Part shown: piece by piece, positions 10,882 through 24,400 of the stretch
Position numbering within the stretch: the stretch's first letter is position 1
Layout: each line of letters opens with the position of its first letter
NCBI GenBank assembly: GCA_964057225.1
Contig: OZ059897.1
Span: 20,398,001 to 20,462,000, forward strand
Source: Auanema rhodensis
Lineage: Eukaryota; Animalia; Nematoda
Direction: 5' to 3'
DNA length: 64,000 nt
The notes under the pieces: model-generated
The model's input: only the letters and a program-made list of their open reading frames with translations
Told to the model about the DNA's origin: nothing
Databases searched by the model: none
Made by a program: the position numbers and the translations under genes

Positions 10882-13800
10882 ATCGTTTGAGAAATGATGC
10901 ATTAGTGTATGTTGAGTTTCCATGTACACTCAACATTGCTTCCAAAAACATTTTGACAAAAATTTTTTCGAAAAATTTCAGAATAATTTAGCAAAAAGTA
11001 GATGTTTTTAGATTCCTTTTTTCAAGGCGAAGACGATGGACAATGTTATTCAACGAAAAAATTAATTCTTCAGGGTGAAAATCGAGGATATAAGTGTGAA
11101 CTTATATCAGTTGATATCTCGGTACATTTTTAAGCTAGCGCAAATCTGATAACACAGATCGACGCAGCTTAAAAATCCGCATCGAATGCACTATACTATA
11201 TGGAAGAACGCTTAATACAAAAATTAGTTATGATCGTTTGAAAAATGATGCATTAGTGTATGTTGAGTTTCCATGTACACTCAACATTGCTTCCAAAAAC
11301 ATTTTGACAAAAATTTTTTCGAAAAATTTCAAAATAATTTAGCAAAAAGTAGATGTTTTTAGATTCCTTTTTTCAAGGCAAAGACGATGGACAATGTTAT
11401 TCAACGAAAAAATTATTTCTTCAGGGTGAAAATCGAGGATATAAGTGTGAACTTATATCAGTTGATATATCGGTGCATTTTTAAGCTAGCGCAAATCTGA
11501 TAACACAGATCGACGCAGCTTAAAAATCCGCATCGAATGCACTATACTACATTAAGAAACGCTTAATACAAAAATTAGTTATGATCGTTTGAAAAATGAT
11601 GCATTAGTGTATGTTGAGTTTCCATGTACACTCAACATTGCTTCCAAAAACATTTTGACAAAACTTTTTTCGAAAAATTTCAAAATAATTTAGCAAAAAG
11701 TAGATGTTTTTAGATTCCTTTTTTCAAGGCAAAGACGATGGACAATGTTATTCAACGAAAAAATTAATTCTTCAGGGTGAAAATCGAGGATATAAGTGTG
11801 AACTTATATCAGTTGATATCTCGGTACATTTTTAAGCTAGCGCAAATCTGATAACACAGATCGACGCAGCTTAAAAATCCGCATCGAATGCACTATACTA
11901 CATGGAAGAACGCTTAATACAAAAATTAGTTATGATCGTTTGAAAAATGATGCATTAGTGTATGTTGAGTTTCCATGTACACTCAACATTGCTTCCAAAA
12001 ACATTTTGACAAAAATTTTTTCGAAAAATTTCAAAATAATTTAGCAAAAAGTAGATGTTTTTAGATTCCTTTTTTCAAGGCAAAGACAATGGACCATGTT
12101 ATTCAACGAAAAAATTAATTCTTCAGGGTGAAAATCGAGGATATAAGTGTAAACTTATATCATTTGATATCTCGGTGCATTTTTAAGCTAGCGCAAATCT
12201 GCAAACACAGATCGACGCAGCTTAAAAATCCGCATCAAATGCACTATACTACATTAAGAAACGCTTAATACAAAAAGTAGTTATGATCGTTTGAAAAATG
12301 ATGCATTAGTGTATGTTGAGTTTCCATGTACACTCAACATTGCTTCCAAAAACATTTTGACAAAAATTTTTTCGAAAAATTTCAAAATAATTTAGCAAAA
12401 AGTAGATGTTTTTAGATTCCTTTTTTCAAGGCGAAGACGATGGACAATGTTATTCAACGAAAAAATCAATTCTTCAGGGTGAAAATCGAGGATATAAGTG
12501 TGAACTTATATCAGTTGATATCTCGGTACATTTTTAAGCTAGCGCAAATCTGATAACACAGATCGACGCAGCTTAAAAATCCGCATCGAATGCACTATAC
12601 TACATGGAAGAACGCTTAATACAAAAATTAGTTATGATCGTTTGAAAAATGATGCATTAGTGTATGTTGAGTTTCCATGTACACTCAACATTGCTTCCAA
12701 AAACATTTTGACAAAAATTTTTTCGAAAAATTTCAAAATAATTTAGCAAAAAGTAGATGTTTTTAGATTCCTTTTTTCAAGGCAAAGACAATGGACCATG
12801 TTATTCAACGAAAAAATTAATTCTTCAGGGTGAAAATCGAGGATATAAGTGTAAACTTATATCATTTGATATCTCGGTGCATTTTTAAGCTAGCGCAAAT
12901 CTGATAACACAGATCGACGCAGCTTAAAAATCCGCATCGAATGCACTATACTACATTAAGAAACGCTTAATACAAAAATTAGTTATGATCGTTTGAGAAA
13001 TGATGCATTAGTGTATGTTGAGTTTCCATGTACACTCAACATTGCTTCCAAAAACATTTTGACAAAAATTTTTTCGAAAAATTTCAGAATAATTTAGCAA
13101 AAAGTAGATGTTTTTAGATTCCTTTTTTCAAGGCGAAGACGATGGACAATGTTATTCAACGAAAAAATTAATTCTTCAGGGTGAAAATCGAGGATATAAG
13201 TGTGAACTTATATCAGTTGATATCTCGGTACATTTTTAAGCTAGCGCAAATCTGATAACACAGATCGACGCAGCTTAAAAATCCGCATCGAATGCACTAT
13301 ACTATATGGAAGAACGCTTAATACAAAAATTAGTTATGATCGTTTGAAAAATGATGCATTAGTGTATGTTGAGTTTCCATGTACACTCAACATTGCTTCC
13401 AAAAACATTTTGACAAAAATTTTTTCGAAAAATTTCAAAATAATTTAGCAAAAAGTAGATGTTTTTAGATTCCTTTTTTCAAGGCAAAGACGATGGACAA
13501 TGTTATTCAACGAAAAAATTATTTCTTCAGGGTGAAAATCGAGGATATAAGTGTGAACTTATATCAGTTGATATATCGGTGCATTTTTAAGCTAGCGCAA
13601 ATCTGATAACACAGATCGACGCAGCTTAAAAATCCGCATCGAATGCACTATACTACATTAAGAAACGCTTAATACAAAAATTAGTTATGATCGTTTGAAA
13701 AATGATGCATTAGTGTATGTTGAGTTTCCATGTACACTCAACATTGCTTCCAAAAACATTTTGACAAAACTTTTTTCGAAAAATTTCAAAATAATTTAGC

Positions 13801-15093
13801 AAAAAGTAGATGTTTTTAGATTCCTTTTTTCAAGGCAAAGACGATGGACAATGTTATTCAACGAAAAAATTAATTCTTCAGGGTGAAAATCGAGGATATA
13901 AGTGTGAACTTATATCAGTTGATATCTCGGTACATTTTTAAGCTAGCGCAAATCTGATAACACAGATCGACGCAGCTTAAAAATCCGCATCGAATGCACT
14001 ATACTACATGGAAGAACGCTTAATACAAAAATTAGTTATGATCGTTTGAAAAATGATGCATTAGTGTATGTTGAGTTTCCATGTACACTCAACATTGCTT
14101 CCAAAAACATTTTGACAAAAATTTTTTCGAAAAATTTCAAAATAATTTAGCAAAAAGTAGATGTTTTTAGATTCCTTTTTTCAAGGCAAAGACAATGGAC
14201 CATGTTATTCAACGAAAAAATTAATTCTTCAGGGTGAAAATCGAGGATATAAGTGTAAACTTATATCATTTGATATCTCGGTGCATTTTTAAGCTAGCGC
14301 AAATCTGCAAACACAGATCGACGCAGCTTAAAAATCCGCATCAAATGCACTATACTACATTAAGAAACGCTTAATACAAAAAGTAGTTATGATCGTTTGA
14401 AAAATGATGCATTAGTGTATGTTGAGTTTCCATGTACACTCAACATTGCTTCCAAAAACATTTTGACAAAAATTTTTTCGAAAAATTTCAAAATAATTTA
14501 GCAAAAAGTAGATGTTTTTAGATTCCTTTTTTCAAGGCGAAGACGATGGACAATGTTATTCAACGAAAAAATCAATTCTTCAGGGTGAAAATCGAGGATA
14601 TAAGTGTGAACTTATATCAGTTGATATCTCGGTACATTTTTAAGCTAGCGCAAATCTGATAACACAGATCGACGCAGCTTAAAAATCCGCATCGAATGCA
14701 CTATACTACATGGAAGAACGCTTAATACAAAAATTAGTTATGATCGTTTGAAAAATGATGCATTAGTGTATGTTGAGTTTCCATGTACACTCAACATTGC
14801 TTCCAAAAACATTTTGACAAAAATTTTTTCGAAAAATTTCAAAATAATTTAGCAAAAAGTAGATGTTTTTAGATTCCTTTTTTCAAGGCAAAGACAATGG
14901 ACCATGTTATTCAACGAAAAAATTAATTCTTCAGGGTGAAAATCGAGGATATAAGTGTAAACTTATATCATTTGATATCTCGGTGCATTTTTAAGCTAGC
15001 GCAAATCTGATAACACAGATCGACGCAGCTTAAAAATCCGCATCAAATGCACTATACTACATTAAGAAACGCTTAATACAAAAATTAGTTATG
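10882..15093. repeat. 6-monomer (2106-bp) higher-order repeat, two tandem copies
   Basis: TTTGAGAAA at 10891/12997 and CTGCAAAC at 12202/14308. The GATATATCGG, AAAACTTT and AATCAATT variants show the same 2106-bp offset. Confidence 0.9.
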
Positions 15094-18000
15094 ATCGTTT
15101 GAAAAATGATGCATTAGTGTATGTTGAGTTTCCATGTACACTCAACATTGCTTCCAAAAACATTTTGACAAAAATTTTTTCGAAAAATTTCAAAATAATT
15201 TAGCAAAAAGTAGATGTTTTTAGATTTCTTTTTTCAAGGCGAAGACGATGGACAATGTTATTCAACGAAAAAATTAATTCTTCAGGGTGAAAATCGAGGA
15301 TATAAGTGTGAACTTATATCAGTTGATATCTCGGTACATTTTTAAGCTAGCGCAAATCTGATAACACAGATCGACGCAGCTTAAAAATCCGCATCGAATG
15401 CACTATACTACATGGAAGAACGCTTAATACAAAAATTAGTTATGATCGTTTGAAAAATGATGCATTAGTGTATGTTGAGTTTCCATGTACACTCAACATT
15501 GCTTCCAAAAACATTTTGACAAAAATTTTTTCGAAAAATTTCAAAATAATTTAGCAAAAAGTAGATGTTTTTAGATTCCTTTTTTCAAGGCAAAGACGAT
15601 GGACAATGTTATTCAACGAAAAAATTATTTCTTCAGGGTGAAAATCGAGGATATAAGTGTGAACTTATATCAGTTGATATATCGGTGCATTTTTAAGCTA
15701 GCGCAAATCTGAGAACACAGATCGACGCAGCTTAAAAATCCGCATCGAATGCACTATACTACATTAAGAAACGCTTAATACAAAAATTAGTTATGATCGT
15801 TTGAAAAATGATGCATTAGTGTATGTTGAGTTTCCATGTACACTCAACATTGCTTCCAAAAACATTTTGACAAAAATTTTTTCGAAAAATTTCAAAATAA
15901 TTTAGCAAAAAGTAGATGTTTTTAGATTCCTTTTTTCAAGGCAAAGACGATGGACAATGTTATTCAACGAAAAAATTAATTCTTCAGGGTGAAAATCGAG
16001 GATATAAGTGTAAACTTATATCAGTTGATATCTAGGTACATTTTTAAGCTAGCGCAAATCTGATAACACAGATCGACGCAGCTTAAAAATCCGCATCGAA
16101 TGCACTATACTACATGGAAGAACGCTTAATACAAAAATTAGTTATGATCGTTTGAAAAATGATGCATTAGTGTATGTTGAGTTTCCATGTACACTCAACA
16201 TTGCTTCCAAAAACATTTTGACAAAAATTTTTTCGAAAAATTTCAAAATAATTTAGCAAAAAGTAGATGTTTTTAGATTCCTTTTTTCAAGGCAAAGACG
16301 ATAAACAATGTAATTCAACGAAAAAATTAATTCTTCAGGGTGAAAATCGAGGATATAAGTGTAAACTTATATCAGTTGATATCTCGGTGCATTTTTAAGC
16401 TAGCGCAAATCTGATAACACAGATCGACGCAGCTTAAAAATCCGCATCGAATGCACTATACTACATTAAGAAACGCTTAATACAAAAATTAGTTATGATC
16501 GTTTGAAAAATGATGCATTAGTGTATGTTGAGTTTCCATGTACACTCAACATTGCTTCCAAAAACATTTTGACAAAACTTTTTTCGAAAAATTTCAAAAT
16601 AATTTAGCAAAAAGTAGATGTTTTTAGATTCCTTTTTTCAAGGCAAAGACGATGGACAATGTTATTCAACGAAAAAATTAATTCTTCAGGGTGAAAATCG
16701 AGGATATAAGTGTGAACTTATATCAGTTGATATCTCGGTACATTTTTAAGCTAGCGCAAATCTGATAACACAGATCGACGCAGCTTAAAAATCCGCATCG
16801 AATGCACTATACTACATGGAAGAACGCTTAATACAAAAATTAGTTATGATCGTTTGAAAAATGATGCATTAGTGTATGTTGAGTTTCCATGTACACTCAA
16901 CATTGCTTCCAAAAACATTTTGACAAAAATTTTTTCGAAAAATTTCAAAATAATTTAGCAAAAAGTAGATGTTTTTAGATTCCTTTTTTCAAGGCAAAGA
17001 CAATGGACCATGTTATTCAACGAAAAAATTAATTCTTCAGGGTGAAAATCGAGGATATAAGTGTAAACTTATATCATTTGATATCTCGGTGCATTTTTAA
17101 GCTAGCGCAAATCTGCAAACACAGATCGACGCAGCTTAAAAATCCGCATCAAATGCACTATACTACATTAAGAAACGCTTAATACAAAAAGTAGTTATGA
17201 TCGTTTGAAAAATGATGCATTAGTGTATGTTGAGTTTCCATGTACACTCAACATTGCTTCCAAAAACATTTTGACAAAAATTTTTTCGAAAAATTTCAAA
17301 ATAATTTAGCAAAAAGTAGATGTTTTTAGATTCCTTTTTTCAAGGCGAAGACGATGGACAATGTTATTCAACGAAAAAATCAATTCTTCAGGGTGAAAAT
17401 CGAGGATATAAGTGTGAACTTATATCAGTTGATATCTCGGTACATTTTTAAGCTAGCGCAAATCTGATAACACAGATCGACGCAGCTTAAAAATCCGCAT
17501 CGAATGCACTATACTACATGGAAGAACGCTTAATACAAAAATTAGTTATGATCGTTTGAAAAATGATGCATTAGTGTATGTTGAGTTTCCATGTACACTC
17601 AACATTGCTTCCAAAAACATTTTGACAAAAATTTTTTCGAAAAATTTCAAAATAATTTAGCAAAAAGTAGATGTTTTTAGATTCCTTTTTTCAAGGCAAA
17701 GACAATGGACCATGTTATTCAACGAAAAAATTAATTCTTCAGGGTGAAAATCGAGGATATAAGTGTAAACTTATATCATTTGATATCTCGGTGCATTTTT
17801 AAGCTAGCGCAAATCTGATAACACAGATCGACGCAGCTTAAAAATCCGCATCGAATGCACTATACTACATTAAGAAACGCTTAATACAAAAATTAGTTAT
17901 GATCGTTTGAGAAATGATGCATTAGTGTATGTTGAGTTTCCATGTACACTCAACATTGCTTCCAAAAACATTTTGACAAAAATTTTTTCGAAAAATTTCA

Positions 18001-21000
18001 GAATAATTTAGCAAAAAGTAGATGTTTTTAGATTCCTTTTTTCAAGGCGAAGACGATGGACAATGTTATTCAACGAAAAAATTAATTCTTCAGGGTGAAA
18101 ATCGAGGATATAAGTGTGAACTTATATCAGTTGATATCTCGGTACATTTTTAAGCTAGCGCAAATCTGATAACACAGATCGACGCAGCTTAAAAATCCGC
18201 ATCGAATGCACTATACTATATGGAAGAACGCTTAATACAAAAATTAGTTATGATCGTTTGAAAAATGATGCATTAGTGTATGTTGAGTTTCCATGTACAC
18301 TCAACATTGCTTCCAAAAACATTTTGACAAAAATTTTTTCGAAAAATTTCAAAATAATTTAGCAAAAAGTAGATGTTTTTAGATTCCTTTTTTCAAGGCA
18401 AAGACGATGGACAATGTTATTCAACGAAAAAATTATTTCTTCAGGGTGAAAATCGAGGATATAAGTGTGAACTTATATCAGTTGATATATCGGTGCATTT
18501 TTAAGCTAGCGCAAATCTGATAACACAGATCGACGCAGCTTAAAAATCCGCATCGAATGCACTATACTACATTAAGAAACGCTTAATACAAAAATTAGTT
18601 ATGATCGTTTGAAAAATGATGCATTAGTGTATGTTGAGTTTCCATGTACACTCAACATTGCTTCCAAAAACATTTTGACAAAACTTTTTTCGAAAAATTT
18701 CAAAATAATTTAGCAAAAAGTAGATGTTTTTAGATTCCTTTTTTCAAGGCAAAGACGATGGACAATGTTATTCAACGAAAAAATTAATTCTTCAGGGTGA
18801 AAATCGAGGATATAAGTGTGAACTTATATCAGTTGATATCTCGGTACATTTTTAAGCTAGCGCAAATCTGATAACACAGATCGACGCAGCTTAAAAATCC
18901 GCATCGAATGCACTATACTACATGGAAGAACGCTTAATACAAAAATTAGTTATGATCGTTTGAAAAATGATGCATTAGTGTATGTTGAGTTTCCATGTAC
19001 ACTCAACATTGCTTCCAAAAACATTTTGACAAAAATTTTTTCGAAAAATTTCAAAATAATTTAGCAAAAAGTAGATGTTTTTAGATTCCTTTTTTCAAGG
19101 CAAAGACAATGGACCATGTTATTCAACGAAAAAATTAATTCTTCAGGGTGAAAATCGAGGATATAAGTGTAAACTTATATCATTTGATATCTCGGTGCAT
19201 TTTTAAGCTAGCGCAAATCTGCAAACACAGATCGACGCAGCTTAAAAATCCGCATCAAATGCACTATACTACATTAAGAAACGCTTAATACAAAAAGTAG
19301 TTATGATCGTTTGAAAAATGATGCATTAGTGTATGTTGAGTTTCCATGTACACTCAACATTGCTTCCAAAAACATTTTGACAAAAATTTTTTCGAAAAAT
19401 TTCAAAATAATTTAGCAAAAAGTAGATGTTTTTAGATTCCTTTTTTCAAGGCGAAGACGATGGACAATGTTATTCAACGAAAAAATCAATTCTTCAGGGT
19501 GAAAATCGAGGATATAAGTGTGAACTTATATCAGTTGATATCTCGGTACATTTTTAAGCTAGCGCAAATCTGATAACACAGATCGACGCAGCTTAAAAAT
19601 CCGCATCGAATGCACTATACTACATGGAAGAACGCTTAATACAAAAATTAGTTATGATCGTTTGAAAAATGATGCATTAGTGTATGTTGAGTTTCCATGT
19701 ACACTCAACATTGCTTCCAAAAACATTTTGACAAAAATTTTTTCGAAAAATTTCAAAATAATTTAGCAAAAAGTAGATGTTTTTAGATTCCTTTTTTCAA
19801 GGCAAAGACAATGGACCATGTTATTCAACGAAAAAATTAATTCTTCAGGGTGAAAATCGAGGATATAAGTGTAAACTTATATCATTTGATATCTCGGTGC
19901 ATTTTTAAGCTAGCGCAAATCTGATAACACAGATCGACGCAGCTTAAAAATCCGCATCAAATGCACTATACTACATTAAGAAACGCTTAATACAAAAATT
20001 AGTTATGATCGTTTGAAAAATGATGCATTAGTGTATGTTGAGTTTCCATGTACACTCAACATTGCTTCCAAAAACATTTTGACAAAAATTTTTTCGAAAA
20101 ATTTCAAAATAATTTAGCAAAAAGTAGATGTTTTTAGATTTCTTTTTTCAAGGCGAAGACGATGGACAATGTTATTCAACGAAAAAATTAATTCTTCAGG
20201 GTGAAAATCGAGGATATAAGTGTGAACTTATATCAGTTGATATCTCGATACATTTTTAAGCTAGCGCAAATCTGATAACACAGATCGACGCAGCTTAAAA
20301 ATCCGCATCGAATGCACTATACTACATGGAAGAACGCTTAATACAAAAATTAGTTATGATCGTTTGAAAAATGATGCATTAGTGTATGTTGAGTTTCCAT
20401 GTACACTCAACATTGCTTCCAAAAACATTTTGACAAAAATTTTTTCGAAAAATTTCAAAATAATTTAGCAAAAAGTAGATGTTTTTAGATTCCTTTTTTC
20501 AAGGCAAAGACGATGGACAATGTTATTCAACGAAAAAATTATTTCTTCAGGGTGAAAATCGAGGATATAAGTGTGAACTTATATCAGTTGATATATCGGT
20601 GCATTTTTAAGCTAGCGCAAATCTGAGAACACAGATCGACGCAGCTTAAAAATCCGCATCGAATGCACTATACTACATTAAGAAACGCTTAATACAAAAA
20701 TTAGTTATGATCGTTTGAAAAATGATGCATTAGTGTATGTTGAGTTTCCATGTACACTCAACATTGCTTCCAAAAACATTTTGACAAAAATTTTTTCGAA
20801 AAATTTCAAAATAATTTAGCAAAAAGTAGATGTTTTTAGATTCCTTTTTTCAAGGCAAAGACGATGGACAATGTTATTCAACGAAAAAATTAATTCTTCA
20901 GGGTGAAAATCGAGGATATAAGTGTAAACTTATATCAGTTGATATCTCGGTACATTTTTAAGCTAGCGCAAATCTGATAACACAGATCGACGCAGCTTAA

Positions 21001-21411
21001 AAATCCGCATCGAATGCACTATACTACATGGAAGAACGCTTAATACAAAAATTAGTTATGATCGTTTGAAAAATGATGCATTAGTGTATGTTGAGTTTCC
21101 ATGTACACTCAACATTGCTTCCAAAAACATTTTGACAAAAATTTTTTCGAAAAATTTCAAAATAATTTAGCAAAAAGTAGATGTTTTTAGATTCCTTTTT
21201 TCAAGGCAAAGACGATAAACAATGTAATTCAACGAAAAAATTAATTCTTCAGGGTGAAAATCGAGGATATAAGTGTAAACTTATATCAGTTGATATCTCG
21301 GTGCATTTTTAAGCTAGCGCAAATCTGATAACACAGATCGACGCAGCTTAAAAATCCGCATCGAATGCACTATACTACATTGAGAAACGCTTAATACACA
21401 AATTAGTTATG
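11584..21411. repeat. 14-monomer (4914-bp) tandem duplication containing the 6-mer repeat
   Basis: Monomers 34-47 recur as 48-61: CTGCAAAC 12202/17116 and 14308/19222; CTGAGAAC 15713/20627; ATGTAATT 16312/21226. Confidence 0.9.
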
Positions 21412-24400
21412 ATTGTTTGAAAAATGATGCATTAGTGTATGTTGAGTTTCCATGTACACTCAACATTGCTTCCAAAAACATTTTGACAAAAATTTTTTCG
21501 AAAAATTTCAAAATAATTTAGCAAAAAGTAGATGTTTTTAGATTCCTTTTTTCAAGGCAAAGACAATGGACCATGTTATTCAACGAAAAAATTAATTCTT
21601 CAGGGTGAAAATCGAGGATATAAGTGTAAACTTATATCATTTGATATCTCGGTGCATTTTTAAGCTAGCGCAAATCTGATAACACCGATCGACGCAGCTT
21701 AAAAATCCGCATCGAATGCACTATACTACATTAAGAAACGCTTAATACAAAAATTAGTTATGATCGTTTGAAAAATGATGCATTAGTGTATGTTGAGTTT
21801 CCATGTACACTCAACATTGCTTCCAAAAACATTTTGACAAAAATTTTTTCGAAAAATTTCAAAATAATTCAGCAAAAAGTAGATGTTTTTAGATTCCTTT
21901 TTTCAAGGCGAAGACGATGGACAATGTTATTCAACGAAAAAATTAATTCTTCAGGGTGAAAATCGAGGATATAAGTGTGAACTTATATCAGTTGATATCT
22001 CGGTACATTTGTAAGCTAGCGCAAATCTGATAACACAGATCGACGCAGCTTAAAAATCCGCATCGAATGCACTATACTACATGGAAGAACGCTTAATACA
22101 AAAATTAGTTATGATCGTTTGAAAAATGATGCATTAGTGTATGTTGAGTTTCCATGTACACTCAACATTGCTTCCAAAAACATTTTGACAAAAATTTTTT
22201 CGAAAAATTTCAAAATAATTTAGCAAAAAGTAGATGTTTTTAGATTCCTTTTTTCAAGGCAAAGACAATGGACCATGTTATTCAACGAAAAAATTAATTC
22301 TTCAGGGTGAAAATCGAGGATATAAGTGTAAACTTATATCATTTGATATCTCGGTGCATTTTTAAGCTAGCGCAAATCTGATAACACCGATCGACGCAGC
22401 TTAAAAATCCGCATCGAATGCACTATACTACATTAAGAAACGCTTAATACAAAAATTAGTTATGATCGTTTGAAAAATGATGCATTAGTGTATGTTGAGT
22501 TTCCATGTACACTCAACATTGCTTCCAAAAACATTTTGACAAAAATTTTTTCGAAAAATTTCAAAATAATTCAGCAAAAAGTAGATGTTTTTAGATTCCT
22601 TTTTTCAAGGCGAAGACGATGGACAATGTTATTCAACGAAAAAATTAATTCTTCAGGGTGAAAATCGAGGATATAAGTGTGAACTTATATCAGTTGATAT
22701 CTCGGTACATTTTTAAGCTAGCGCAAATCTGATAACACAGATCGACGCAGCTTAAAAATCCGCATCGAATGCACTATACTACATGGAAGAACGCTTAATA
22801 CAAAAATTAGTTATGATCGTTTGAAAAATGATGCATTAGTGTATGTTGAGTTTCCATGTACACTCAACATTGCTTCCAAAAACATTTTGACAAAAATTTT
22901 TTCGAAAAATTTCAAAATAATTTAGCAAAAAGTAGATGTTTTTAGATTCCTTTTTTCAAGGCAAAGACAATGGACCATGTTATTCAACGAAAAAATTAAT
23001 TCTTCAGGGTGAAAATCGAGGATATAAGTGTAAACTTATATCATTTGATATCTCGGTGCATTTTTAAGCTAGCGCAAATCTGATAACACAGATCGACGCA
23101 GCTTAAAAATCCGCATCGAATGCACTATACTACATTAAGAAACGCTTAATACAAAAATTAGTTATGATCGTTTGAAAAATGATGCATTAGTGTATGTTGA
23201 GTTTCCATTTACACTCAACATTGCTTCCAAAAACATTTTGACAAAAATTTTTTCGAAAAATTTCAAAATAATTTAGCAAAAAGTAGATGTTTTTAGATTC
23301 CTTTTTTCAAGGCAAAGACGATGGACAATGTTATTTAACGAAAAAAGTAATTCTTCAGGATGAAAATCGAGGATAAAAGTGTAAACTTATATCAGTTGAT
23401 ATCTCGGTGCATTTTTAAGCTAGCGCAAATCTGATAACACAGATCGACGCAGCTTAAAAATCCGCATCGAATGCACTATACTACATTGAGAAACGCTTAA
23501 TACAAAAATTAGTTATGATCGTTTGAAAAATGATGCATTAGTGTATGTTGAGTTTCCATGTACACTCAACATTGCTTCCAAAAACATTTTGACAAAAATT
23601 TTTTCGAAAAATTTCAAAATAATTTAGCAAAAAGTAGATGTTTTTAGATTCCTTTTTTCAAGGCAAAGACAATGGACCATGTTATTCAACGAAAAAATTA
23701 ATTCTTCAGGGTGAAAATCGAGGATATAAGTGTGAACTTATATCAGTTGATATCTCGGTGCATTTTTAAGCTAGCGCAAATCTGATAACACAGATCGACG
23801 CAGCTTAAAAATCCGCATCGAATGCACTATACTACATTAAGAAACGCTTAGTACAAAAATTAGTTATGATCGTTTGAAAAATGATGCATTAGTGTATGTT
23901 GAGTTTCCATGTACACTCAACATTGCTTCCAAAAACATTTTGACAAAAATTTTTTCGAAAAATTTCAAAATAATTTAGCAAAAAGTAGATGTTTTTAGAT
24001 TCCTTTTTTCAAGGCAAAGACGATGGACAATGTTATTCAACGAAAAAATTAATTCTTCAGGGTGAAAATCGAGGATATAAGTGTAAACTTATATCAGTTG
24101 ATATCTCGGTACATTTTTAAGCTAGCGCAAATCTGATAACACAGATCGACGCAGCTTAAAAATCCGCATCGAATGCACTATACTACATGGAAGAACGCTT
24201 AATACAAAAATTAGTTATGATCGTTTGAAAAATGATGCATTAGTGTATGTTGAGTTTCCATGTACACTCAACATTGCTTCCAAAAACATTTTGACAAAAA
24301 TTTTTTCGAAAAATTTCAAAATAATTTAGCAAAAAGTAGATGTTTTTAGATTCCTTTTTTCAAGGCAAAGACGATGGACAATGTTATTTAACGAAAAAAT

